A DNA stretch of 64,000 nucleotides from an uncultured Planctomycetota bacterium. GTDB taxonomy: Bacteria > Planctomycetota > Phycisphaerae > Tepidisphaerales > Tepidisphaeraceae. Shown in pieces: positions 11,871 to 21,875 of this stretch (the stretch's first letter is position 1; each line of letters opens with the position of its first letter). The translations under genes were made by a program, and so were the position numbers. Location of the stretch: the NCBI GenBank assembly GCA_963841915.1, contig CAWJEN010000001.1:32001-96000 (forward strand). The letters run 5' to 3'. The notes below the pieces were generated by a model. It was not told the DNA's origin. It saw only the letters and a program-made list of their open reading frames with translations, and searched no databases.

Positions 11871-13364
11871 ATGGCCTTCCTTTCGATACGCATTGTTCTT
11901 AGCGCCGTCATTGCCGTCCAGTCACTCACGGCGGCGATCGTCTACGCCGGCGAGCTGCGGCTGGGCGCGCCGTTCAGCAACCACATGGTGGTGCAGGAGG
12001 GGCGACCGCTTCCGGTCTGGGGCTGGGATCAACCCGGGACATCAGTCGAAGTCTCGCTTGACGGTCATTCGGCGAAAGCGACGGCGGACACAGACGGGCG
12101 ATGGGAAGTCGAGCTCGCGACACCCGCCAACGAGGGGCCGCACATGATCGTCGTTGTGGGCAGCGAACGAATGGAGATTGAGGACGTTCTCGTCGGCGAT
12201 GTCTGGTGGTGCTCGGGACAGTCGAACATGGCCTTCGAGGTCAGCCGAAGCGAGGAGGGTGCGGCGGCGATGCGGGCGGCGGAGAACGGCCGTATCCGCC
12301 TGTTGCAGATGCCGCGCATCAGCGCCGACGAGCCCAGGGACGACGCGGAGGTGACCTGGCAGGTTGCGGGTCCAAAGACGATCGGATCATTTTCCGCGGT
12401 GGCGTATTACTTCGGGGAAAAGGTGAGCGAAGAAACGGGTCGGCCGATCGGTCTCGTCAACGCATCGTGGGGCGGTTCACCCATCCGGGCGTGGCTTCCA
12501 GAGAAGGCGATCAAGGCGAGCCCCTTCGCCCGTGATGTCGTCGCAGAGGCGGAACGTGAGGCAGCGAGCTACGAGACTCGAATGGCCGCGTGGGAGGCAG
12601 GCGGGAAGAAGGGCAAACGCCCTTCCCTCAACGGCGGTGGGCCGCAGCACCGGCTGTACAAGCTGTACAACGGCATGATGCATCCGATCGAGCGGCTGCC
12701 GGTGCGGGGTGTCCTGTGGTATCAGGGCGAGGCCGACACCGGCCGACCAGAGGTCTACTCGGACTTGTTCCCGCGACTCGTCGCGACCTGGCGGAGGCAC
12801 TTTGCCGACGGCGGGATGCTGCCGGTGTATTTCGTGCAGCTGCCCAACTTCGAGAACAATCAACGGGAGAAGTGGGCGAAGTTTCGCGAGGCGCAGCGGC
12901 GCCTCGCCGCGACGCCAGACGATGGCATTGAGATGGTCGTCGCGATTGACGTGGGCGACCCCGGCGACATCCACCCGACGAACAAACGCGTCATCGGCGA
13001 CCGACTGGCGCGACTGGCGCTTCGCGAGACGTACGGCCGCGAAGACCTGCCACAGGAGCCGAGACCGACCGCCGCCTCCTGGAAGGCGGATGAGCAGGCG
13101 GTCGACATTGCATTCGACGAGGGCGTCGGCGACGGCCTGAGACTTCGCGACGGCAAGTCGCCGATCGGCTTCGAGCTCGTCGGCAGCGACGGCAAGGCGA
13201 CGGCGGTCGACGCCGAGCTCGCCGGACCTTCGACGGTGAGGTTGGCTTGGCAGGACGAACGGCCGTGGTCGGTCCGCTACGCCTACGCCGCCGACCCCGA
13301 CACGAACCTCGAAAGCAGCGCCGGCGACCCGGTGACGCCCTTCGAGTTGGCCATTGTCGAGTGA
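11871..13364 (+). CDS. Sialate O-acetylesterase (SASA/SGNH) family, secreted
   Basis: FSNHMVVQ, GDVWWCSGQSNM, FSAVAYYFG, GVLWYQGEAD and DIHPTNKRVIGDRLA. Signal peptide from ATG 11871. Confidence 0.92.
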   Translation: MAFLSIRIVLSAVIAVQSLTAAIVYAGELRLGAPFSNHMVVQEGRPLPVWGWDQPGTSVEVSLDGHSAKATADTDGRWEVELATPANEGPHMIVVVGSERMEIEDVLVGDVWWCSGQSNMAFEVSRSEEGAAAMRAAENGRIRLLQMPRISADEPRDDAEVTWQVAGPKTIGSFSAVAYYFGEKVSEETGRPIGLVNASWGGSPIRAWLPEKAIKASPFARDVVAEAEREAASYETRMAAWEAGGKKGKRPSLNGGGPQHRLYKLYNGMMHPIERLPVRGVLWYQGEADTGRPEVYSDLFPRLVATWRRHFADGGMLPVYFVQLPNFENNQREKWAKFREAQRRLAATPDDGIEMVVAIDVGDPGDIHPTNKRVIGDRLARLALRETYGREDLPQEPRPTAASWKADEQAVDIAFDEGVGDGLRLRDGKSPIGFELVGSDGKATAVDAELAGPSTVRLAWQDERPWSVRYAYAADPDTNLESSAGDPVTPFELAIVE

Positions 13365-13406
13365 ACTCGTAACTCCGACGACGAAGGACTCGCCTCCAAC
13401 GGCCAC

Positions 13407-13486
13407 TGCAACATCACGGCTTCGCGGACGCCTCAACATCGTGAAGCTGCTGACTATTAGTCAAAATGCAGCCGGACGAAGTTGCA
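13407..13486. promoter_or_regulatory. Inverted 9-mer pair TGCAACATC-N62-GAAGTTGCA (copy 1)
   Basis: Intergenic, upstream of the symporter. The same architecture occurs at 16502-16581 and 23730-23807. Contains palindrome TGACTA-T-TAGTCA at 13451-13463. Confidence 0.55.
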
Positions 13487-13691
13487 GAGTCGGTCGCGGC
13501 GCTGCCCCCGCTTCGCAGGCCGCGTCGGCTACCTGGAGGTGGAAGGACGGGGAACGATCGCGCGGCCTAATCCCGTGGCCGAGCCCTGGCAATACAAACC
13601 GGGAAGAGGAGGCTTCATTGCGATTGACGAAAACTGACTTTCAATACCTCGCGGTCGTTCTCACCAAGCTTCTCTTGGACGGGGTGCGGTC

Positions 13692-15206
13692 GTGATGTCA
13701 ACCTTGACCGATCGCTGGCTCGATGTCCTCGCCCTGGCGGCCTTCTTGGGCTACGTCGGGTGGATCTCGCTGCGCGGGCTCAAGCACAACGAGACGACGG
13801 AGCGTTACTTCCTTGGCGGGCGTGAGTTTCCCGGCTGGGCGGTCGCCCTGTCGATGATCGGCACGTCGCTCAGCAGCATCACGTTCCTCGCCCTCCCAGC
13901 GGCGGCGTACGCGCTCGACTACCGGATGATCGCGCCCAACCTCATGCTCCCGATCGTCGCCGTCGCAGCGGCGATATGGCTCGTTCCGATGTACCGACGC
14001 GACGTGAAGGTGTCGGCCTTCGAATACCTCGAGCGACGCTTCAACCCCGCGATCCGCCTCTACGCGGCGAGCACGTTCCTCGTCATCCACCTCATCCGCA
14101 TCGCGACGGTGCTCTATCTCGTGAGCCTGCCGCTCGCGTATTTGTCCGGCATCCCGGTCCTTTGGGTCGTCGTCTTCGGCGGGCTCTTCGTCGCGCTCTA
14201 CACGACGCTTGGCGGCCTGGAGGCGGTCATCTGGACCGACGTGCTGCAGACCTTCGTCCTCCTTGGCGGCGGCCTGCTCTGCCTCGGCATCATCATCTAC
14301 GACCTGCCCGGCGGCCTCGGCGAGATCGTGCGGATCGGCGTCGCCAACGACAAGTTCAGCCTCGGGCCGACCGAGTTCAACCTGTCGGAGCGGACGATGT
14401 GGACGATGTTCCTCCTCGGGCTCGTCAACTTCGCCAGCGACTATGTCAGCAACCAAACGATCGTGCAGCGCTACCTTGCCGCCCGCACCGAGCGCGAGGC
14501 GAAGCAGGCGACGCTGACGTGCGCCTTTCTGAGCGTGCCGATGTGGCTGCTCTTCTTCTTCGTGGGCACGGCCCTCTATGCCTACTACCAGGCCTTTCCA
14601 AACCCCGAGCTGGCCAACCTGTCCAGCGACGAGATCGTGCCGTTCTTCATCCTCGACGCGGTGCCGCAGGGATTGACGGGCATCATCATCGCCGGCTGCA
14701 TCGCCGCGGCGATGTCGACGCTCGACAGCTCGATCAACGGCATCAGCACGATCGCGACGACCGACATCGTCCAGCGCCACCTGCTGCCCGGCGCCGACGA
14801 TGCCAAGCTTCTCCGCATCGCCAAGCTCATCGCCGGAGCCGCCGGGATGATGATGATCGTCGGTGGCGTCGTGCTGCACTTCGTCCCGCGCGAGAGCATG
14901 GCCAACCTCGGCTTCATCGCCGGCTCGCTGTTCGGCGGCTGCCTGCTCGGGCTCTTCCTGCTCGGACTGCTCGCACCCTGGGCCGACGGACGATCGGTGA
15001 CGATTTCGCTCGGCGTCGTCATCCTGCTGAACATCTACTTCATCCTGCTGACACTCAACTTGCTTCCTGACTGGGCGAGAACCGACCTCCACGCGTTCTG
15101 GGTCCGCTTGTTGCTCAACATTGTGCTCGTGATCGTGACGGCGATGGTCGCGGCCTTGCTCGGCCGCAAGCGACCGCAGCGCGAGTTGTCACCGGAGCTC
15201 GGCTAG
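13692..15206 (+). CDS. Sodium:solute symporter (SSS), SiaT-like
   Basis: 504 aa, multi-pass hydrophobic. [50 protein letters not shown] and [12 protein letters not shown]. Confidence 0.93.
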   Translation: MMSTLTDRWLDVLALAAFLGYVGWISLRGLKHNETTERYFLGGREFPGWAVALSMIGTSLSSITFLALPAAAYALDYRMIAPNLMLPIVAVAAAIWLVPMYRRDVKVSAFEYLERRFNPAIRLYAASTFLVIHLIRIATVLYLVSLPLAYLSGIPVLWVVVFGGLFVALYTTLGGLEAVIWTDVLQTFVLLGGGLLCLGIIIYDLPGGLGEIVRIGVANDKFSLGPTEFNLSERTMWTMFLLGLVNFASDYVSNQTIVQRYLAARTEREAKQATLTCAFLSVPMWLLFFFVGTALYAYYQAFPNPELANLSSDEIVPFFILDAVPQGLTGIIIAGCIAAAMSTLDSSINGISTIATTDIVQRHLLPGADDAKLLRIAKLIAGAAGMMMIVGGVVLHFVPRESMANLGFIAGSLFGGCLLGLFLLGLLAPWADGRSVTISLGVVILLNIYFILLTLNLLPDWARTDLHAFWVRLLLNIVLVIVTAMVAALLGRKRPQRELSPELG

Positions 15207-16386
15207 CGCCGCGTCGAGCGGCGTGCCGAACTTGTCGTCGCCGCAGATTTAAACGTCGAGGCCCACCGCCGCCGCCATTGCCGCCTTGGCAGCAAGCGCG
15301 GTCGGCTGACTCGGCGTCGTCGACGTAGACGACCTGCACGTAGTTTGCATGGTGCTTGGCCGTCATCTGGTCCCGGCTCACGCCCTTGACCGTCCCGCCG
15401 CCGAGCCTGAAGTACATCGGCGGCTGCCGCTCGCCCGACGCGCCTCGCCAGCCGCCCTCGAAGTGGCTCGGCGGCACGCTGCCGCTGATCTCGAAGACCC
15501 AGACGTAGGCGGCTGTCGTGCCGCTCTCGTCCGGGTCGCCCCAGCGCAGGTCGTGGAGCGTGTTGTCGGGATGCATTCCCATCGCCGACCAGACGCGTTG
15601 CGTGACAAGGCCGTCGAGACCCGCGCACTCGTCGACCTCACTCCTTAAAGTGCGTGATCGGCTCGCCGTCGCGGATGGTCGACCCGTCGGCCCGCTTCAG
15701 CGGCGGGCGGATCGAGCAGTTGAGCGTGCCCTCGCCGAGGTCGCTCGCCAGGGCGAGGTCCTTGAGGCCCTGCTGGTACTGGATGCCGATCTCATCGCAC
15801 CCGAACAGATCGGCGAGGCGCACGGCGGCGATGTACATGCGGCACTGGTCCAGCACCTGCCCTCGCGTCAACTCCGTCGCCTCGTCGTCGCCGAACCTGA
15901 AGTCGATGCCGCTCTGTTCGTACCAGTCAAAGACTGGCTTTTGCCTCGTCGCTCGTCACCTCCCGCATGGCGACGTAGAGGGTCGACTGGCTCAGCCGCT
16001 CCTTGAGGACGTTCGTCGGGTGGAGCAGATCGTCGGGCACGATTGCGTTGAACATGCCCATGCACCCCTAATCAAACACGCCGAGGATGGCGGGCCGGTC
16101 GCGCAGCTCGGCGGCGAGGGCCTCGCCCAGCTCGCGCTCGGCGGCGGGCAGGTCGCCCAGGGCCCGCACGTGCGAGAGGTCGTGCTCGATCTTGCCCGCG
16201 TCGAGCCACGCTTTGAGCTTCTCGCGGAAGGCATCATCCTCGAACGACTCGGCCCACAGGAGCGAGTAGGGCTGGCCAGCACTGGGTGTTGGCCGCGGGA
16301 CGTAGGTCGCCGCTGGCGACGAGCAGGGCGGTCTTAAGCGGGAGGCGAGCGGGCGGAGTCGCAGAGGGCAGGCGGTAGCTGGGCAT
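15189..16386 (-). pseudogene. Fucose-isomerase-like pseudogene (paralogue of 2032-3717)
   Basis: MPSYRLPS..KTALLVASGDLR..CWPA is joined directly to [30 protein letters not shown] and [13 protein letters not shown] are present. Stops, frameshifts and two large deletions. Confidence 0.92.
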
Positions 16387-16495
16387 GGTGATGCTTGAGG
16401 TGGTTGTCGATCGGTCTTAAGTGCCATTTCGGACACGTGTGGTGGCGGAGGCACCGTCGCACCAGTCATCAGCCGCTCGCCGGAGGACGGGGCGT

Positions 16496-16581
16496 GATGT
16501 TTGCAACATCCCGACTGCGGGTAGTCAATGTTCCCGCAAAATCTTCGAAGCGGCCGGCAAATCGTGCCCCCGAATGTTGCA
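16496..16581. promoter_or_regulatory. Inverted 9-mer pair TGCAACATC-N62-AATGTTGCA (copy 2), left site within near-palindrome GATGTTTGCAACATC
   Basis: Lies in the divergent intergenic region between the isomerase pseudogene and the PEP-CTERM operon. Confidence 0.6.
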
Positions 16582-16720
16582 GTCGGCCGGCGACGATGCG
16601 GTTGTATCTGTCAGGAATCGTAGTAGCCTTTAAGCCCGCAGATCTGGATGGCGATGCGGTCAGCCCGCAGCCATTCGTTATGCATCTCAATACCCGTCGT
16701 CCGTCATCAGGAGGAACCCA

Positions 16721-17626
16721 ATGCTCAACCGCCCCATCCGCCGCGCCGCGGCAGCCGCCGTCGCCACCGCCGCTCTCGCCGCAAGCACCTCGTCCGCCGC
16801 GATACTGCTGAGCGAGTCTTTCGATTACGCCCCCGGTGCCCTAGCCGGCAACAACGGCGGCACTGGGTTCAGCAGCGCATGGTCAACGGAGGTCGGTAGT
16901 GCGGTCACCGGTGGCAGCTCGAGCGTCGTCGCTGGCAGCATCGCGTTCAGCGATTACGCGACGTCGGGCAACAAGCTTGTGATGGACATGGGAACCGTCT
17001 CCGGGTTCACGTCGATCACGAGCTCACGAGAGAGCGCAGCAGCCGCCTCGACCGGCGATCTTTTCACGAGCTTCCTCTACCAAGCCGGCTCATTCTCTTC
17101 GAACAGCAGTCGGACGGCAGAGTTGCGGTTTGAAGACCCGAGCATCAAGTTCGGCAGTGCCGCCAAGGGCTCGGGCACAGCTACCGCCGAAGTTCGCTAC
17201 GACGGTGTCGATGGCGACGTAGCCGGCCGCGAGCGCTTCGGCAACCTGCAGAACGGCTCGGCGTTCCTCATCATCACGAAGTACAGCAATCTGGGCGTCG
17301 ACGGTGCCAGTGCTCGACTGTGGGCGCTCAACGCGACCGGCTACGACGCGATCAGCGACGGTGGGATCACCGAGGCGGAGCTCGACACGGCGGCCTTCGC
17401 CATTTCGGTCGATTCACAAAGCGCGACGACCAGCAACGTCCTGACGAGCGGCGACCTCTTCCGGATTGGTTTGTACTCGAGTCAGACACCGTTTTCGGCA
17501 AGTTTCGATGAGTTCCGGGCCGGCACGTCGCTGGCCGACGTGACGGCTGTGCCGGAGCCGGCGTCCGCGGTGGCGGTGGTTGGCCTCGCGGGTCTGCTGC
17601 TGGGTCGGCGTCGCGCCTCGGCGTGA
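16721..17626 (+). CDS. PEP-CTERM sorting-domain protein
   Basis: RBS AGGAGG, Ala-rich signal peptide, C-terminal VPEPASAVAVVGLAGLLLGRRR. Confidence 0.92.
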   Translation: MLNRPIRRAAAAAVATAALAASTSSAAILLSESFDYAPGALAGNNGGTGFSSAWSTEVGSAVTGGSSSVVAGSIAFSDYATSGNKLVMDMGTVSGFTSITSSRESAAAASTGDLFTSFLYQAGSFSSNSSRTAELRFEDPSIKFGSAAKGSGTATAEVRYDGVDGDVAGRERFGNLQNGSAFLIITKYSNLGVDGASARLWALNATGYDAISDGGITEAELDTAAFAISVDSQSATTSNVLTSGDLFRIGLYSSQTPFSASFDEFRAGTSLADVTAVPEPASAVAVVGLAGLLLGRRRASA

Positions 17627-17725
17627 TTGACGCCGGCGTCTCGACCCCCTCCACACCGGCGGCCCGCGGCTCACGCTCGGGTCGCCGTTTTGCCGTCCAC
17701 TGCTCGATCTATTCACGCGCCGCCC

Positions 17726-20700
17726 ATGAAGTACGTTCACCTCGTCGTCGCCACCACTCTGCTCGCGACCGCCTCCGCTCCGGCGCAGACCCCGGAGACT
17801 TCGCTGACCTTCGGCGTCAGCTTCGACCACGGCCTCAACGCCGACACCGCCGCCGGCAACGGGATGGCCGTCGCCCACCCGCGTGTCCAAGTCATCGACG
17901 AAGAGGGCCGCGGCGGCGTGATCAAGCTCGAGCCGTATCAGTGGCTTTGCTACGACATCGAGGGCAACCTCGAGCTCGACGAAGGGACGATCCACCTCCG
18001 CGTCCGCCCGGACATCGACCCCGCCGCCTGGAAGAAGGGCGGCGGCATGGGTGAGGGCCTCCAGCACCTCGTCACCGCCAACGTGCGGACGCGCAACGAA
18101 CTGCGCGTCTACTTCGATTTCCGCGGCGAGAAGGGCGAGCCCCCGACGCTCAACTTCGGCTTCAAGAACCCCGAGCTGTCGGGCAACGTGGAGATCGCCG
18201 ACGTGTCGGGCTGGAAGGCCGGGGAGTGGCACGATGTGAGCGTCTCGTGGCAAAAGCCCAACAAGGTCAGCGGCAGAGTCGATGGTGGCGAATGGGTCGA
18301 GAAGCGGACCGGCGCTTGGCCGCAACTGCCGGAGGCTGACCTGTACGACCTCTATGTCGGCGGCAACGCGGTGCTCGTCGATGGATCGCCAACCGGCAGC
18401 TTTCGCACGTTCCAAGGGGCGATCGACGATCTGACTGTGTACGACGCGTGGCAGGCGGAGCCGGTGAGCGCGATCTCGGTCGATCCGGAGCTGACGCTTG
18501 ACCTGCCGACGCCGGAATGGTCGCAGGCATTGCCCGCGCGGGTGGTGGTGGGGCTGTCGGAGGCCGAGGGCGACTGGGCGACGCGGCCTGTTGAAGCGAC
18601 GGTCACGCCGGCGCACGGCTGGTCGGAACTCGACGCCGCCGGGCGACGACGGGCGGTCGACGCGCTGCGCGTCGTTGCGTACGACGCGAGTACCGGAAAG
18701 CCTCGCGACGGGCTCGTGCCCTTCAGCGTCAGCGACGAGGCCTACTGGGCCGATACGTTCAACGTTCGCTTCAATCATGAGGGCGAGCTGCCGGCGCTGT
18801 ACGCGGTCTACTACGACGTCGACCCGTCCGACGACGTCGAGACGGAGCCGGCGACGGTGCCGATGGTCGGCGTGGGCGAGCGGCTGCTGATCGGGGACAA
18901 GGAGACGGTCGACGTGCTCGGCCTGGGACTGCGCGGCGTGTTCGACGTCGGCGACCTCGACGGCGACGGCGACCTCGACGTCTGGTACGCCAGCGGCTAC
19001 CAGAACGTGAACTCCCGCGACATGCTCAACGGGCACTTCTTCCTGGAGAACCTCGGCAACCAGGGCACGGCCGCGCCGGTGCTCGCGGCACCGCAGCTCA
19101 TCTTCAATGGCACGCTGCCGACGGGCGTGATCCGCTCGAACATGACGCCGCAGCTCATCGACATCAACGGCGACGACAAGCTCGACCTCTTCTACTACTC
19201 CGTTAAGCACACGTTCTGGATCGAGTGGAGCCTGCAAAAGGGGCGTCCGACGATCGAACGGTTGCACGACGTGCGGATCAAGACCGACGCCAAGAACGAG
19301 CGCGGCCGCCTCATCGACTGGGACGGCGACGGCAAGCTCGACCTGCTCCGCGGCAAGACGATCATGTTCGCCCAGCCCGAGCAGGGCGGCGAAATGTTCT
19401 TCACCGACGAGCACAGCCAGGACCTTGAGATCGGGTCCGTCGCCGACGCCGATTGGAAGTCGAGCCCGCTCGGCCTGACCCCCGTTGACTTCGACGGCGA
19501 CGGGCGGATGGAGCTCATCGCCGGGAATTGGGTCACCAAGCTCTACCTCCACGAGCCGACAGGCGATGGCCTGTACGACTACGGGCCCGGCAAGCTCCTG
19601 ACGACCCACGACGACCACGAACTTCAGATGCCGGGCGTCTTTCCCGTGCCGATCCCGGCCGACTGGGACGGCGACGGCGACCTCGACCTGCTGTGGAGCA
19701 CCGAGGCCGGCAGCCTCGGCTACTTCGAGAACATCGCCGGCCCCAAGGCGAAGCCGAAGTTGCTGCAAAATCGCTTCGTCCTCTGCCATCGCCCGATGAT
19801 CGACGGCGGCGCGCTGTCGATCCCGTGGCCCGTCGACTGGGACGACGACGGCGACCTCGACCTCGTGCTTGGCTCGTCCAACGAGTACATCTACTACCAC
19901 GAGAACCTCGGCGACGAGAAGCAGGCGGTATGGGGACCGCGTGAGGAACTCGTCGGCTCGGGCCAGCGGATTGAGTATCGCGCCGGTCTCGACGGCTCGC
20001 TCCTCGGGCCGCAGGAGGCGGACTGGGGCTACATCAATCCGCTCGTCGTCGATTTCGATGGCGACGGGCTCAAGGACCTGATCTACTCCGGCGTTCGCGG
20101 CGATCACTGGTACTACCGCAACATCGGCAGGCCCGGCCGACCGCAACTCGACGGCGGGCGCTTGATCCGCGTCGAGTGGGGCGAGGGCGGACGCAAGACG
20201 CCGGAGTGGCTGCGATTTGAACCGCAGGGCGACGAGCTGCTCACCGCGCACCGTTCACGCCCGGCCGTTCTCGATTGGAACGGTGACGGCGTCAACGACT
20301 ACGTGACGCTCGACCACGAGAGCCGCTGGGCGGTCTATCTCGGCAAGCGTGTCGACAACGGCGAGGTGATCCTGTCGCCGGGGCAGCACTTGTTCGAGCC
20401 GATTGGCGAGTTCTCGCAGGGCTTGGTCTGGAACCGCCGCGACGTCGACGCCGACGACTGGCGCCCGCACTACGCCGGCCGGACCGTCACGCAGCTCATC
20501 GACTGGGACGAGGACGGCGACCGCGACCTGATCCTCGACAACATCAACGCCCGCTTCTACGAGAACACGGGCACCGACGCGAAGCCGAAGTTCGAGGACC
20601 GCGGTGACCTCGCAAAGGCACGCCTAGCCATGCACAACTCGGGTCCCACCGCCGCCGACATGAACGGCGACGGTCACCTCGACCTTGTGGTCGGGACCGA

Positions 20701-20794
20701 GTCGGGCTTGATTCACTACTTCAGCCGCGCCTTTCTCGAGGGCGGATCGCCGCGCGCGATCGTCCTTTCCGACGAAACCCGAACCGGCAACTGA
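17726..20794 (+). CDS. Secreted FG-GAP/VCBS-repeat protein with N-terminal LamG-like domain
   Basis: Signal peptide MKYVHLVVATTLLATASA. WKAGEWHDVSVSW..FQGAIDDLTVYD is LamG-like. About ten DWDGDGDLDL-type repeats. Confidence 0.85.
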   Translation: MKYVHLVVATTLLATASAPAQTPETSLTFGVSFDHGLNADTAAGNGMAVAHPRVQVIDEEGRGGVIKLEPYQWLCYDIEGNLELDEGTIHLRVRPDIDPAAWKKGGGMGEGLQHLVTANVRTRNELRVYFDFRGEKGEPPTLNFGFKNPELSGNVEIADVSGWKAGEWHDVSVSWQKPNKVSGRVDGGEWVEKRTGAWPQLPEADLYDLYVGGNAVLVDGSPTGSFRTFQGAIDDLTVYDAWQAEPVSAISVDPELTLDLPTPEWSQALPARVVVGLSEAEGDWATRPVEATVTPAHGWSELDAAGRRRAVDALRVVAYDASTGKPRDGLVPFSVSDEAYWADTFNVRFNHEGELPALYAVYYDVDPSDDVETEPATVPMVGVGERLLIGDKETVDVLGLGLRGVFDVGDLDGDGDLDVWYASGYQNVNSRDMLNGHFFLENLGNQGTAAPVLAAPQLIFNGTLPTGVIRSNMTPQLIDINGDDKLDLFYYSVKHTFWIEWSLQKGRPTIERLHDVRIKTDAKNERGRLIDWDGDGKLDLLRGKTIMFAQPEQGGEMFFTDEHSQDLEIGSVADADWKSSPLGLTPVDFDGDGRMELIAGNWVTKLYLHEPTGDGLYDYGPGKLLTTHDDHELQMPGVFPVPIPADWDGDGDLDLLWSTEAGSLGYFENIAGPKAKPKLLQNRFVLCHRPMIDGGALSIPWPVDWDDDGDLDLVLGSSNEYIYYHENLGDEKQAVWGPREELVGSGQRIEYRAGLDGSLLGPQEADWGYINPLVVDFDGDGLKDLIYSGVRGDHWYYRNIGRPGRPQLDGGRLIRVEWGEGGRKTPEWLRFEPQGDELLTAHRSRPAVLDWNGDGVNDYVTLDHESRWAVYLGKRVDNGEVILSPGQHLFEPIGEFSQGLVWNRRDVDADDWRPHYAGRTVTQLIDWDEDGDRDLILDNINARFYENTGTDAKPKFEDRGDLAKARLAMHNSGPTAADMNGDGHLDLVVGTESGLIHYFSRAFLEGGSPRAIVLSDETRTGN

Positions 20795-20796
20795 CC

Positions 20797-21765
20797 ATGA
20801 CGCTCGCCGAACCCACGCAAGCCGCCGCACGCTCGACCGACGCGCTCCCGCAGGGAACGTGGCCGGTGATGCTCACCCCGTTCACCCAGAGCGGCGACGT
20901 CGATCATGACGGGCTGGCGGCGCTGGTCGAGTGGTACCTCGAAGGCGGCGCGGCCGGCCTTTTCGCGTTGTGCCTGTCGAGCGAATCTTTCGAGCTCAAG
21001 CCGGCCGAAAAGGCGGCCGTGCTGGCGACGGTGGTGCGTTGCAACGACGACCGCGTGCCGATCGTTGCCGGCACCCTCGGCGGCCCCAGCTCTCAAGATG
21101 CACGGGCGTTTCGCGATCACGTCAACGCAATTCTTGACGCCGGCGTGGTGTCCGTCGTCCTGAGCACGTCCGAGATCTGCGTTGAGGGCGTGGACGAGGA
21201 GGCCTTCATCGAGCAGTTGGAGCGCACCTTCGAACTCGTGCCCAACGCGAACTTCGGCCTCTACGAATGCCCGAAGCCTTACAAGCGCCTGATCGGCCCC
21301 GAGGCGGAGCGATGGGCGGGGGCATCGGGTCGCGTGTCGTTCGTGAAGGACACGTGCTGCGACCGCGACATGATCCTGCGGCGTCGCGACGCGTGGGGCG
21401 GCACGCCAGTGCAGCACTTCGACGCCTTCGCGCCCAACCTCCTTTTCTCAATGCAGAATGGTGCCGACGGCTACAGCGGCATCGGGAGCAACCTGTTCAC
21501 GCCGCTGACGTCGTGGCTTTGCGATCATTTTGCCGCGCAGCCCGAACTCGCGGATCGCGTGCAGGCGTTCCTGACGAAGACAAAGGCGGACGTGAACCAC
21601 CGCTACCCGACCGCCGCGAAGGCGTACCTGCGCGACCATGCTGGCCTGCCGATCGGCGTCGGGTCGAGGATGTCGCCGTGCGACCTTGATGGTGCCGACC
21701 TCGACCTCCTCGCGCGCCTGGCAAGCGAGGCGAAGGACCTCGAGGTCGCGTGCGGCTTGCGATAG
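20797..21765 (+). CDS. Dihydrodipicolinate synthase / N-acetylneuraminate lyase family aldolase
   Basis: WPVMLTPFTQSGDVD, GLFALCLSSE, LYECP and Schiff-base Lys in FVKDT. Confidence 0.88.
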   Translation: MTLAEPTQAAARSTDALPQGTWPVMLTPFTQSGDVDHDGLAALVEWYLEGGAAGLFALCLSSESFELKPAEKAAVLATVVRCNDDRVPIVAGTLGGPSSQDARAFRDHVNAILDAGVVSVVLSTSEICVEGVDEEAFIEQLERTFELVPNANFGLYECPKPYKRLIGPEAERWAGASGRVSFVKDTCCDRDMILRRRDAWGGTPVQHFDAFAPNLLFSMQNGADGYSGIGSNLFTPLTSWLCDHFAAQPELADRVQAFLTKTKADVNHRYPTAAKAYLRDHAGLPIGVGSRMSPCDLDGADLDLLARLASEAKDLEVACGLR

Positions 21766-21795
21766 CCTGGCCATCCCAAGGAGGATGAGTGAGAT

Positions 21796-21832
21796 GAGCC
21801 CGCCCGTGTCGCGACGCGACTCGGGCGGGCTC
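21796..21832. terminator. GC-rich hairpin between convergent genes
   Basis: GAGCCCGCCCG-T-GTCGC-GAC-GCGAC-T-CGGGCGGGCTC. No clear U-tract. Confidence 0.5.
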
Positions 21833-21875
21833 GTAGGAGATCGCCGGCGAAAAGGCTTGACCGTCGCCCGATCCG

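Noticed and set aside
13407..13486. Interpreting the 78-80 bp inverted-repeat elements as MITEs
   Set aside because: The interiors are only weakly similar, no target-site duplications are evident, and all copies sit in upstream regions of one locus. A regulatory role fits better, though a MITE origin is not excluded.
17414..20251. 945-aa minus-strand ORF, and similar long antisense ORFs such as 13698-15092, 38769-40613 and 46002-47414
   Set aside because: They are shadows of well-supported plus-strand genes. Such frames are expected in high-GC DNA and show no recognisable motifs.
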